Assembly (NCBI GenBank): GCA_046563655.1
Contig: CM102286.1
Coordinates: 9,176,001-9,240,000 of the forward strand
DNA: 64,000 nucleotides
Source: Yuukianura sp. NJ FZ-2021
Lineage: Eukaryota
Reading direction: 5' to 3'
A model generated the notes under the pieces. The model was not told the DNA's origin. It saw only the letters and a list, made by a program, of their open reading frames with translations, and did no database searches. A program made the translations under genes and the position numbers. Numbering within the stretch: position 1 is the stretch's first letter; each line of letters begins with the position of its first letter. Shown here piece after piece: positions 27,745-44,696 of this stretch.

Positions 27745-30700
27745 TATTGAAGTGCAAAATATTTACATGCGTAAAATTCCAGGAGCATTTGCTCACTGGT
27801 AACCAAAGAAGAGCGTTACGAGGCCATTTTCTTAATCAAGCGAACGGGTAAGGCGGAAGTTTCATTTCTGATCAGAATAATTAACAAAGACAAATGTTTA
27901 CCGGGACGGTCCGTTTTTCATACTTCGATATGAGTGCAATACTGAACTGCGAAATATTTACGTGCGAAAAGTTCCAGGAGCATTTGTTCACTGGAAATGA
28001 AAAAGAGCGTTACGAGGCCATTTTTGTTATCAAGCGAAAGAGTAACGCGGATGATTCATTTCTGATCAGAATAATTAACAAAGACAAATGTACACCGGGA
28101 CGGTCCCGTTTTTCATACTTCGACATGAGTGCAATATTGAAGTGCGAAATATTTACGTGCGAAAAGTTCCAGGAGCATTTGCTCACTGGAAATGAAAAAG
28201 AGCGTTACGAGGCCATTTTTGTTATCAAGCGAAAGAGTAACGCGGATGAGTCATTTCTGATCAGAATAATTAACAAAGACAAATGTTCACCGGGACGGTC
28301 CCGTTTTTCATACTTCGACATGAGTGCAATATTGAAGTGCAAAATATTTACGTGCGTAAAATTCCAGGAGCATTTGCTCACTGGTAACCAAAGAAGAGCG
28401 TTACGAGGCCATTTTTGTTATCAAGCGAACGGGTAACGCGGATGATTCGTTTCTGATCAGAATAATTAACAAAGACAAATGTTCACCGGGACGGTCCCGT
28501 TTTTCATACTTCGACATGAGTGCAATATTGAAGTGCAAAATATTTACGTGCGTAAAATTCCAGGAGCATTTGCTCACTGGTAACCAAAGAAGAGCGTTAC
28601 GAGGCCATTTTCTTAATCAAGCGAACGGGTAAGGCGGAAGTTTCATTTCTGATCAGAATAATTAACAAAGACAAATGTTTACCGGGACGGTCCGTTTTTC
28701 ATACTTCGACATGAGTGCAATACTGAAGTGCGAAATATTTACGTGCGAAAAGTTCCAGGAGCATTTGTTCACTGGAAATGAAAAAGAGCGTTACGAGGCC
28801 ATTTTTGTTATCAAGCGAAAGAGTAACGCGGATGATTCATTTCTGATCAGAATAATTAACAAAGACAAATGTACACCGGGACGGTCCCGTTTTTCATACT
28901 TCGACATGAGTGCAATATTGAAGTGCGAAATATTTACGTGCGAAAAGTTCCAGGAGCATTTGCTCACTGGAAATGGAAAAGAGCGTTACGAGGCCATTTT
29001 TGTTATCAAGCGAAAGAGTAACGCGGATGATTCATTTCTGATCAGAATAATTAACAAAGACAAATGTACACCGGGACGGTCCCGTTTTTCATACTTCGAC
29101 ATGAGTGCAATATTGAAGTGCAAAATATTTACGTGCGTAAAATTCCAGGAGCATTTGCTCACTGGTAACCAAAGAAGAGCGTTACGAGGCCATTTTTGTT
29201 ATCAAGCGAAAGAGTAACGCGGATGAGTCATTTCTGATCAGAATAATTAACAAAGACAAATGTTCACCGGGACGGTCCCGTTTTTCATACTTCGACATGA
29301 GTGCAATATTGAAGTGCGAAATATTTGCGTGCGAAAAGTTCCAGGAGCATTTGCTCACTGGAAATGAAAAAGAGTATTACGAGGCCATTTTTGTTATCAA
29401 GCGAAAGAGTAACGCGGATGATTTATTTCTGATCAGAATAATTAACAAAGACAAATGTACACCGGGACGGTCCCGTTTTTCATACTTCGACATGAGTGCA
29501 ATATTGAAGTGCGAAATATTTACGTGCGAAAAGTTCCAGGAGCATTTGCTCACTGGAAATGAAAAAGAGCGTTACGAGGCCATTTTTGTTATCAAGCGAA
29601 CGGGTAACGCGGATGAGTCATTTCTGATCAGAATAATTAACAAAGACAAATGTTTACCGGGACGGTCCCGTTTTTCATACTTCGACATGAGTGCAATACT
29701 GAAGTGCGAAATATTTACGTGCGAAAAGTTCCAGGAGCATTTGCTCACTGGTAACCAAAGAAGAGCATTACGAGGCCATTTTTGTTATCAAGCGAACGGG
29801 TAACGCGGATGATTCGTTTCTGATCAGAATAATTGACAAAGACAAATGTACACCGGGACGGTCCCGTTTTTCAAACTTCGACATGAGTGCAACATTGAAG
29901 TGCCACATATTTACGTGCGAAAAGTTCCAGGAACATTTGCTCACTGGAAATGAAAAAGAGTGTTACGAGGCCATTTTTGTTATCAAGCGAAAGAGTAACG
30001 CGGATGATTCGTTTCTGATCAGAATAAGTGACGAAGACAAATGTACACCGGGACGGTCACGTTTTTCATACTTCGACATGAGTGCAATATTGAAGTGCAA
30101 AATATTTACATGCGTAAAATTCCAGGAGCATTTGCTCACTGGTAACCAAAGAAGAGCGTTACGAGGCCATTTTTCTTATCAAGCGAACGGGTAACGCGGA
30201 TGATTCACTTCTGATCAGAATAATTAACAAAGACAAATGTTTACCGGGACGGTCCGTATTTCATACTTCGACATGTGTGCAATACTGAAGTGCGAAATAT
30301 TTACGTGCGAAAAGTTCCAGGAGCATTTGCTCACTGGAAATGAAAAAGAGTGTTACGAGGCCATTTTTGTTATCAAGCGAACGGGTAACGCAAATGATTC
30401 ATTTCTGATCAGAATAATTAACAAAGACAAATGTTTACCGGGACGGTCCGTATTTCATACTTCGACATGTGTGCAATACTGAAGTGCGAAATATTTACGT
30501 GCGAAAAGTTCCAGGAGCATTTGCTCACTGGAAATGAAAAAGAGTGTTACGAGGCCATTTTTGTTATCAAGCGAACGGGTAACGCGGATGATTCATTTCT
30601 GATCAGAATAATTAACAAAGACAAATGTACACCGGGACGGTCCCGTTTTTCATACTTCGACATGAGTGCAATATTGAAGTGCGAAATATTTACGTGCGAA

Positions 30701-33408
30701 AAGTTCCAGAAGCATTTGCTCACTGGAAATGAAAAAGAGTGTTACGAAGCCATTTTTGTTATCAAGCGAACGGGTAACGCGGATGATTCATTTCTGATCA
30801 GAATAATTAACAAAGACAAATGCACAACGGGAAGGTCCCGTTTTTCATACTTCGACATGAGTGCAATATTGAAGTGCGAAATATTTACGTGCGAAAAGTT
30901 CCAGGAGCATTTGCTCACTGGAAATGAAAAAGAGCGTTACGAGGCCATTTTTGTTATCAAGCGAAAGAGTAACGCGGATGAGTCATTTCTGATCAGAATA
31001 ATCAACAAAGACAAATGTTCACCGGGACGGTCCCGTTTTTCATACTTCGACATGAGTGCAATATTGAAGTGCAAAATATTTACATGCGTAAAATTCCAGG
31101 AGCATTTGCTCACTGATAACCAAAGAAGAGCGATACGAGGCCATTTTTGTTATCAAGCGAACGGGTAACGCGGATGATTCGATTCTGATCAGAATAACTG
31201 ACAAAGACAAATGTACACCGGGACGGTCCCGTTTTTCATACTTCGACATGAGTGCAATATTGAAGTGCGAAATATTTACGTGCGAAAAGTTCCAGGAGCA
31301 TTTACTCACTGGAAATGAAAAAGAGTGTTACGAGGCCATTTTGGTTATCAAGCGAACGGGTAACGCGGATGATTCGTTTCTGATCAGAATAATTGACAAA
31401 GACAAATGTACACCGGGACGGTCCCGTTTTTCATACTTCGACATGAGTGCAATATTGAAGTGCCAAATATTTACGTGCGAAAAGTTCCAGGAGCATTTGC
31501 TCACAGGAAATGAAAAAGAGCGTTACGAGGCCATTTTTGTTATCAAGCGAACGGGTAACGCGGATGATTCGTTTCTGATCAGAATAATTGACAAAGACAA
31601 ATGTACACCGGGACGGTCCCGTTTTTCATACTTCGACATGAGTGCAATATTGAAGTGCCAAATATTTACGTGCGAAAAGTTCCAGGAGCATTTGCTCACA
31701 GGAAATGAAAAAGAGCGTTACGAGGCCATTTTTGTTATCAAGCGAACGGGTAACGCGGATGAGTCATTTCTGATCAGAATAATTAACAAAGGCAAATGTT
31801 TACCGGGACGGTCCCGTTTTTCATACTTCGACATGAGTGCAATACTGAAGTGCGAAATATTTACGTGCGAAAAGTTCCAGGAGCATTTGCTCACTGGAAA
31901 TGAAAAAGAGCGTTACGAGGCCATTTTTGTTATCAAGCGAAAGAGTAACGCGGATGAGTCATTTCTGATCAGAATAATTAACAAAGACAAATGTTCACTG
32001 GGACGGTCCCGTTTTTCATACTTCGACATGAGTGCAATATTGAAGTGCAAAATATTTACATGCGTAAAATTCCAGGAGCATTTGCTCACTGATAACCAAA
32101 GAAGAGCGTTACGAGGCCATTTTTGTTATCAAGCGAAAGAGTAACGCGGATGAGTCATTTCTGATCAGAATAATTAACAAAGACAAATGTTCACCGGGAC
32201 GGTCCCGTTTTTCATACTTCGACATGAGTGCAATATTGAAGTGCAAAATATTTACATGCGTAAAATTCCAGGAGCATTTGCTCACTGATAACCAAAGAAG
32301 AGCGTTACGAGGCCATTTTTGTTATCAAGCAAAAGAGTAACGCGGATGAGTCATTTCTGATCAGAATAATTAACAAAGACAAATGTTCACCGGGACGGTC
32401 CCGTTTTTCATACTTCGACATGAGTGCAATATTGAAGTGCAAAATATTTACATGCGTAAAATTCCAGGAGCATTTGCTCACTGATAACCAAAGAAGAGCG
32501 TTACGAGGCCATTTTTGTTATCAAGCGAAAGAGTAACGCGGATGAGTCATTTCTGATCAGAATAATTAACAAAGACAAATGTTCACCGGGACGGTCCCGT
32601 TTTTCATACTTCGACATGAGTGCAATATTGAAGTGCAAAATATTTACATGCGTAAAATTCCAGGAGCATTTGCTCACTGATAACCAAAGAAGAGCGTTAC
32701 GAGGCCATTTTTGTTATCAAGCGAACGGGTAACGCGGATGATTCGTTTCTGATCAGAATAACTGACAAAGACAAATGTACACCGGGACGGTCCCGTTTTT
32801 CATACTTCGACATGAGTGCAATATTGAAGTGCGAAATATTTACGTGCGAAAAGTTCCAGGAGCATTTACTCACTGGAAATGAAAAAGAGTGTTACGAGGC
32901 CATTTTGGTTATCAAGCGAACGGGTAACGCGGATGATTCGTTTCTGATCAGAATAATTGACAAAGACAAATGTACACCGGGACGGTCCCGTTTTTCATAC
33001 TTCGACATGAGTGCAATATTGAAGTGCCAAATATTTACGTGCGAAAAGTTCCAGGAGCATTTGCTCACAGGAAATGAAAAAGAGCGTTACGAGGCCATTT
33101 TTGTTATCAAGCGAACGGGTAACGCGGATGATTCATTTCTGATCAGAATAATTAACAAAGACAAATGTACACCGGGACGGTGCCGTTTTTCATACTTCGA
33201 CATGAGTGCAATATTGAAGTGCGAAATATTTACGTGCGAAAAGTTCCAGGAGCATTTGCTCACTGGAAATGAAAAAGAGCGTTACGAGGCCATTTTTGTT
33301 ATCAAGCGAAAGAGTAACGCGGATGAGTCATTTCTGATCAGAATAATTAACAAAGGCAAATGTTCACCGGGACGGTCCCGTTTTTCATACTTCGACATGA
33401 GTGCAATA
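27745..33408. repeat. Tandem satellite array, 29 monomers of 194-196 bp
   Basis: The motif ATG(A/T)GTGCAA recurs 29 times, from 27930 to 33397, at 194-196-bp spacing with high identity. Two main variants: ...ggaaatgaaaaagag (195 bp) and ...g(g/a)taaccaaagaagag (196 bp). Confidence 0.98.
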
Positions 33409-34757
33409 AAATATTAAATCATGTTAGAATGAACCTTTATCTTTAAAATTTCAACAAACGCTTTGTTGGGCGTGTACCTTTCAGTTTAAAATTACAAAAG
33501 TTTAATTTAGATTTAACCGGATAATGTCAGTTGTTCACCTTCTGTCAGTAGTAATGAATTTGATAATATCACACGAACCTTTCGAGGAAAAAAATTGGAA
33601 GTATTAAGTTTCAATATTATCCACCCTCTACTTTTTTTTCTAGTTTATCGTACGTTAAACACCGTCTAAAAGTAAAACAATCTATTCAATTGTCAATAGA
33701 TTATGTCATCTATAATTAAATTAAACTCCTAAAATTAGCTTCCCGGAAAATCTTCAAAGAGGGGTACTGAAAAAACGCCTGTTACCCCCCGTAAGAATTT
33801 TAAAACTTTATGCTTTTTGAACATCTCCGAAAAACGACAGGATTGAATCGAAAGAAAATTTCGAAGGTCATTAGGGCTTATTTTGAAGTTACATGTCAAA
33901 TTTTATCAAAATCCAAAATAACCATGTCGGGCCTATTCCTGGTTAGAAACCTCGCTCTCAATTACGCTAAAGTATTTAAATTCTTCTAAGGAGCACAGAG
34001 ATGTACAGAGATGTATTATTGAAATATTAATGGACGATTTTTTCGGATAATGAGCAGTCGCCTAATTGGTTCTCCTTTTCACTTGATTTGGTTTTGCATT
34101 TCCAACTGTAAATATTATTTCATATTTATTGAAATTAAATTTTGCAATATATTGGACCTACAGTCTGAGTAAAGAAATGAATTGTTTAACCTTACGAAAA
34201 TGTGCGTTACAAGTGTTGTTGATTTACCCGTGATCTTCAAAGTGGAATTGAGAGCAAGAGGCCAGGGCTTGATGACGAAGAAACCAAAATTCAGTAAATT
34301 CTGGAAAATGGCTCTGACGCACTGGAAGAATAACCTCTAATTTAGGTAATGTGCAAATTTTATTACAATTAAGTATTTTGCTAGATTGAACTAGACCTTC
34401 ATTCATACCAACAAGCACGTGTCTTCTTTTTGTAGTTTGTTATTTCCCTATTACTCACAAAGCAAATGGAGGAAGTCAGCTACCTATACATCAACGCTAT
34501 TTCCAATATACACTTCTTCCCGCTTAAATTTGTTTCTTCTTGTTCAACCCCAACACTGCTGGAGATTTGGGATGACGCGCAAGAGACGTCAGTAAACACG
34601 AAGTAGCGATTTTAGTTGACTTACCTTAGGTATACTAGTATTTCCTTCGATTTTTGAAAATATAAATAGAAATGTCCAAAAATATTGATTCAGTTGATAT
34701 TTTTGTAACTGATTGTAAACATTGTTTTAACTTAGACACAAAGAGGTTGTTTCTGCT

Positions 34758-37173
34758 ATGGAATCGCTTTTTGATTGCTTGAAAGCAATTCCCTCAAGTG
34801 TACAATTTTTGAAGCCAAGAGTCTTAATATCCGCAGTCGTAATTACGTTACTTGCCCAAAGTTCGAGAGAAGCTGAGGCTAATGGAATCACAAACCGTGA
34901 GCTTTCAACCGCATAATCAAATTTTGGTGGAACCATGTCCCCTTTTCCACCAGCAGTACAAGTTGTCATCGGAAATAGTACAGGGCAATACATCACAGTA
35001 GTACAGAGCGGGTTTTTCATAAATCTAAAAACTAAATTACTCGGAAGCGAAATTAGCTTCACCCGATCTTGTACACTCTAAAATACAAAAGCAGTTTTGT
35101 TGAACCCCTCTGCATTTTTTTAAGAGATACACCTTTGTTTACTTTTAAAACTCAATTAAAATTTTACCGTTATGAAGTCATAACGTTCTTATGATTTAAT
35201 TATCATTTCAGAATTCAAAGGTAATTGAAATCAAATTTCTTTGATCTTCTGTAGTAGCGTCTCATGTCATCTGTGGGAAGCAACTGACGCGGAGGCCAAA
35301 GGTCATTGGTGGAGAAGACGCTTTTCGAGGAGAGTTCCCTTGGATGGTTTCGGTCAAAGAGAAATTTGGCGGAAAGTTTCAACATATCTGCGGCGGGTTC
35401 ATTGTCAACGACCGCTTCGTCATCTCTGCCGCTCACTGCTTCGAGTCCTACATGTCTCGGAATGGGTAACAATAACTTTAACCTACACCTTAACCTTAAC
35501 TTTTCAAATTTTATCTCTAAATCCGCCCGGAGAACTATGGATTTTGTGATGTGTCGGAAATGATTTCATTCGGGCACATAAATCTTGTCGAAGACTCGCA
35601 CTTACAGTTTAAGTCTCTTTTTGTTCCTTTCGTTCTCCAAAAACTGTTTTACTTTCCCTTGCTTTCGATTTATATCAACTGAATTTACGAAGGTAAAAAC
35701 ACAAGTTTTCCGGATGCCTCCCTCTTCTTACTCTTCCATTTTCTAAGGTTGTAGCCATAGGTCGTTAGCAGAGCAAGGGAAATTGGGAAAAGCCTTTATT
35801 GAACTGGCCTATCCGTTCCAAGCAATAACGACAGGAAAATGGAATTGGAATACTTATGTTGACTGTGGGGAAAAAAGCTTCCAATGAGTTCCATTTTCCA
35901 AAAACGTATAGTTGGAAACACTATTTTTCTAATACGAATTGTCTTCCCATACTCTGGCTAAACCTGAATCCTTAGGTGTGAGATTTCAGTTTCTCCAAAA
36001 CTGGAAAACTTTTCTCCTCGAAAAAAAGGCAAACAGGACAACAATAACAGTCACAAAAGTTTCATTTCGGAGAAACAAATACGGAAAAGAAAAGAGATAA
36101 AGGAAATGAAACCCGTTTTTCTTCGAAAAGAAAGTTCCGATTTTTATTTGCTTTTTCTTTTGAAATCTCTGTTTTCGAACGAGTTTAGAAGAGCTGTCCA
36201 CTTGGATCGTCTTGTAGTTACTATAGGAGAACATGACTTGGCCAATGTAGAAGTTCCGATGGATGCTGTGGACGTTGGCATTGAGAAATTGACCATTCAT
36301 CCCCAGTTTAACATTTATGGCTACGTCAACGACATTGCCATTCTGAAACTGGACAGAGATTTGGAGTGGTCACCCTATGTTTGGCCAGCGTGCCTCAGCA
36401 GCTCAGGCTTTGAAGCGGAAGAGGGACAAAATGGAACTGTGGCAGGATGGGGCTCTTCAGTGGATATTATTGGAGGTTTGAATTTATGACATTCAATTTT
36501 ACAAGTCATTTAATTCAAAGTTAATTTTTGATAGGTTACGTTTTATGTCAAAGGTCATTAGAGTAATGGTGACCTGTGACATTTTCAAATTGACATACAT
36601 TTATCAATTTTATTACAGATCAGACAGGACAGTACCCGAATTTGCTACAGAAAGCGTCTATACCAATTCTGAGCAATTCGGAGTGTCGCAAATGGTTTCA
36701 TAGAAGAGCGGTTAATTGGACTCCGACAAGTTCACACCTCTGTGCAGGATATTTGGAAGGTGGAAAAGACGCTTGTAGGGTAAAATAATTTTTGTTACTT
36801 TCCATACTTCTTTAATTTCTTATCATTTTCAAAAAAAGAAAAGTTAGGTTTAGTTTTTCTTCTCTTTTTCATGAAATGGCTATTTGGAATTTCGAACGTA
36901 GCTTGAGCAAGCTTCCGCGTCATAAATTTGTACGTCATTGTGAAGAAGGTGCCGGATCAAAGCGTGCTAAAAGTTGTGACTAACGGTAGTAACGTTTCCT
37001 TTTTTGAACAGGGTGATTCTGGTTCGCCATTTCTGGTCCAGAACGGAGCTGACTCTGTGGTTATTGGGATCGTGGCTGCTGGAAAAGGTTGTGGAAGGAG
37101 TTCACTTCCTGGAGTGTACACAAGATTAAATCGCTATTTGAATTGGATTGAAACGGAAATTAATTCTAGCTAA
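34758..37173 (+). CDS. Secreted trypsin-like serine protease (family S1A), ~319 aa
   Basis: Exons: 34758-34896 (hydrophobic VLISAVVITLLA; least certain exon), 35255 (or 35258)-35465 (CG..RRPK|VIGG..GEFPW..CGG..SAAHC), 36189-36475 (NDIAILKL..PACL..VAGWG), 36619-36779 (LCAG..GGKDAC), 37012-37173 (GDSGSP..GCG..PGVYTR). The His/Asp/Ser triad is intact and Asp189 (KDAC) indicates trypsin specificity. All intron phases are compatible. Confidence 0.92.
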
Positions 37174-39976
37174 AACGTATGGATTTCTGTCCAAAATGAA
37201 ATTGAGCGACTTCCTTTTCCACACACTGGAACCACACTCTAATGCAGGGCTGAACCTATTTCTTCTTCGAAATCCAAAAGTATAATACTCAAGGAACGGA
37301 AAATAAAGAGCGAGTCGTTTCCCTCATCTTGAAATTGAATATTGAAATATAAGTGTGTACAAAGGCGTCGCAGTCGTTTCCATTTTTTTTTGCAAAAAGT
37401 TTTTGTTAGTGGATTTCGTTTGTGTTGCATTTGGAGGATGAAGTGCCGAAGAAAGAGATTGAAACAAGTTATGTGTTTTCTTGGTCTTTTGTTTTATATC
37501 GAAAGTTGACTATTTTCATAGGGTAGAGAGGAGGCCCTATGGTGATAGGGATGAAGTCCTCCTTTGCGACAGATCAGACAGATCTGCAAGAATAGGGAAA
37601 AGAAAGTGAGTTTGAGGAGATGAGATTGGAGACTTAACTTTTTGTTTCCCGGGTTTTCCTTGCGTCAATTCAACTAAACTGTGGCAAAGTAGCGCCCGGA
37701 AAGTGTGCGTCGTTCCATTTGGGATCTTCTAAAGAACACGGAAAAGCGAAGAATAGGATAAGCGTCGTTCCGTCGTAAAATTTTACTGTGGAATTGAATA
37801 TGGAAGAAAAGTGGAGACTACAAAATCCTCCAAGGCATCGGGATTCGTTAGGCCCATCTCAGTACTCGTCCTAGCTTTCGTCGAAATCAAATCCAAAAGC
37901 TTTCTAGTAAACCAAGAGGATTCGCCTTCGCAAAACCTTTCATGCAAAATTTCTTTTTCCAAATTGCAAAAAAAAGACAGTGAAGCCAAGTTTTTCAACA
38001 AAATGTTAGGTTTATAAGGTTCTTCTGACCTGGCTGATCAAGACATAACAGTAAATTTCTTTTGGAAATTGGGGTTTCGACTCCATAGCTAGCTCAGGGT
38101 TCAAACTTAAAATTTATTATCGAAACTTTAAGATTAACAATAACTTTTTGTTGTATGCTAATATATCCAAAGGTTAGAAATTTTAAGTTAAACTTTTTTT
38201 AAAAATTGCTTTACTAGTATAGTTATCTACAAAGAGGCATCGGCGAAGAACACAAAATTTGCAAATTCGACGCTGACCCTTCATCGTTTGCACCAACTCT
38301 TACACATACATTTTTAATTTTATCTCGTAAAATTCAATTGTGCAAGTGTGAGAATTTTTCTAACGACGCTATAGTCTTACGCAAAACAAAAACTCCTTGA
38401 CGCATAATATACTTTCAATATGCAGATTATAATACACCTAACATAATATGCATAAGATGTGTGTATGCATGTATTTGTAAATCGAAATATATATTTTAAA
38501 CTAGGCACAAAACAAACCCGTTTACTCTTTTGGTAAAACAACACCACACTTTAAGGTTAAGCAGATCCTGAGAGCTCCGGGCCGTATAAACCCTACAAAT
38601 AAAATCACTTAAAAGCTAATAAATTATTTCAACAAAATAATAATTTGAACAATAAATTATAAAATACAGTAAAAAACCTGGTATATCATTTGTAAAATTA
38701 ACGATTTCGACTATCTGTTTGATTCAAGATAAAAACTAGCATGCAAAAGCTTATAAATATCAATACAGTATAATTAATTAAGACTTATAGTATAGCTAAT
38801 TGAACGTCCGTGAAAGTCCTTATTAACAATAAGTCAAGATTCAAGACTTGTTGGAAATAAGATTGATTTCAAAGTTCAAACTAAACAATTTCTCAAGAAA
38901 CAAGATTCAAAATCCAATTCACTTCCTTTGACTTTTGCCTTATTCCGAGAACCAGAGGAGCTGGACAGAAGCTCATTAATTTTCATCAAGACAAATGAAA
39001 GGGCTCCCGTTTGAGACTTGGTTCAAATTCCGAATTTCTTGGGGCTAATCGAGATGCCACTCTGCTTCCAATCCATTTGTTCCTTCCACTTCCAACCTAA
39101 GTTAAGTTAAGTTGCCCCTAAGGAGTTGACCCCATGTCAAGCTAGGGGTTTCTTAGCTCATCCCCAGACACAGATTCAACGCTAGAGAATATTGAATGCA
39201 AAGGGAAGACTTCCCGTTGTGATCAATTTTCTTAAAACTTGACACTGACAACAAGCAAATTCCACAAAATTCATTATAGTCGTGAGAACGAGTAGCTGGA
39301 AAATTTAAAAAATTTAAACAGATAAGACAAGAGCATAAAAGCGTTTCAACCCAAACCAAAAATGAAAGGCTAAGTTATGTTAAGATACAATGGTAACAAT
39401 TGTGTGGTAACATTTTGGCACAATGTTTAAAAATACAGTAAAACTTTTAGCTTCTGAAAATCCAAACTTCACAAAGTTTCAGAAGACACGATGTTTTGAA
39501 GAAAAGATGAGTTAGCAATGTCTTGTTGTAGAATCGGACGCTTCGAAAAAATCAGGTTGAGTTCCTTTTTCTTTTTTTGTCGAATTAGTTGGAGGGATAA
39601 AAGTTGGATTTGGAATCTGGAACTTTGGAATTTTGAAAAGAAAGTCTGGAAAGAAAGAATAAGTTTAAATTTTCGTTGTGAATTGAATCCTCCAGGAAGA
39701 AAGTTGAATTGGCAGTGGATCTGTGGACAATGAACTTTCAGTAAGAAATCGTAAGAAGCACTTCAGCTTGGCATCTTTCGCCTTGCAATTTCCTTTTGGT
39801 TCTTATCCAGCACTGCCGGATCAGACTCAGTAAGTTGAAAAGAACATAATTCCTTTTCCACGCTAGATCACACTTTTTCCGGACTTTTGGAAATGGTGTC
39901 GTTACACTCGTCTGGTTACTTAAGTTTATCAGAACGACGAGCAGAGTTGGCTTTGTTAGAACGACTTCGCTTAGAA

Positions 39977-43115
<3,139 letters not shown>

Positions 43116-44628
43116 CTGGAATTGACAAATCCAATAGACAAGCCTTTATTGTCATGTCACCAAGTCCTGTCATCTGATCTCGCTTCCCAAAAAAATCGAA
43201 AAATATAGGGCTGGGGTCAGGTCCAAATGACCTTTTTGGCACAAGCTGCCTTTTACTAACATAAAATGTCCAGTGATATTTCAAGAGTTCAAAGCCCTCG
43301 ATTTCTTAAGAGAAATCTGAACCAAAAGTATCAATTTCTTTTTGATTTTGGTTCTAAGTCTGTTTTTGTTTTAAAAAAAAATGTGTCCCGGCAAAGAAAT
43401 TTGATCCTTCTTCTCTTGTACGTTTGATGCTTTAGTGAAATTTTACGCCCTCGATATTTGAGAATTGGCGTATTTCAATTACCATTGGTTCAACAAGAAT
43501 AGACGGCGCAAGATGTAAAAGTTCGCAAATTTTGAGCCGAATCGTGCAATTTAAGAACGTGTTGAACGTTCTAGCATATGGGTTGAAAATTGATTTCCCT
43601 TGGTGGATGGTGGTGCGGCGGGAAAGTGAAAGTGGAAAAGAATCAAATGCGAAGTGTAGAGTTTCACTAGCACCCGCAATTTGAAGACGGAATTGCATTA
43701 GGATTGGTTCACTTCTTCTATTCAAAAAAATATGAAATGTTGGGAAACTTTAAAAGTGTACCGCGTGTTCCATCGTAGATCAAAACCTTTTTTTTAAAAC
43801 AAGCTTTCCCATAAAAACTCTCTCACTTTTGTACAACTCCAGGAAAGTGAAGTAGGTAATAATGAAATTGATTTTTTTTCTATCAGTTACAAAACTTGCC
43901 GCAAGTGACTTTGCCTGTGAATTTCAAATTTCGGAGATTGGTCTAATCTGACCTGTGCCATTTTGAACCACACTGTACATTTCTTTTTTATGATTCCATT
44001 ACACTCCATGAGTCTGTGGACCTTGCACCTTTTATGGATTTGAAACGATCACTCAAGTGGGCTCAATCAATGCTGGCGAAGAAGGAGAAAGTGGAGACGA
44101 AAGTTTTACATATTTCTTTTCATGTCTTTTCTCTTCTCTCCTTATGAAGTTGCAGTGCGGTTCGTCTGAGATCAAAACTTTTCGTGAATCGCTGCCTCTG
44201 TCTGAAGCAGAAGGCCTTTCCCTTGCTCGTTATGACGCCTCTGAACTTTTGGTCTCCTAACCGATTTAAGAGAAAGTTTTCGTTTGAATCAATTGAAAGT
44301 TGTGGAAGAGGATTTCTATAATTTAGGGCAAGAAGGTCTACTTTAATCAGCGGCTCGATTAGCGAAGACAGACGAAGAGAGAGACTAATGGATTTATTGT
44401 GTCCAACCAAAGAGAAAGTCACCACAAGGAAACTGCACAAGGGAACAAGAAAGTCTTATAAGACAACAATTTGCTTTTGTGAGCTTCGTAAGAAAACAAC
44501 CAAAGTGGTTTCGCAACCGAAGTGGTTGGTTTGCTGCTTTCAAGCTATATCTGGTCGATTTACTTACTTCAACCCTCATTGCAAATAAGACAGTGCAAAT
44601 AAGTGCAAACAAACATTATTAATGAGGC

Positions 44629-44696
44629 AGCAAAATAACACGTAGCAAAATAACACGTAGCAAAATAACACGTAGCAAAATAACACGTAGCAAAAT
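44629..44696. repeat. 15-bp minisatellite (AGCAAAATAACACGT) x4.5
   Basis: Perfect tandem copies visible directly. Confidence 0.95.

Noticed and set aside
27745..33408. CRISPR-like array or hammerhead-containing satellite
   Set aside because: There are no unique spacers (the whole unit repeats), no cas genes, and the context is eukaryotic. No CUGANGA...GAAA core on either strand; the closest matches, CUGAUCA and CGGAUGA, fail.
27894..33417. Long ORFs with 65-aa repeats (MSAILKCEIFTCEKFQEHLL...)
   Set aside because: A by-product of a 195-bp monomer that lacks stops in one frame. The 194- and 196-bp variants repeatedly break the frame, and there is no recognisable domain or splice structure.
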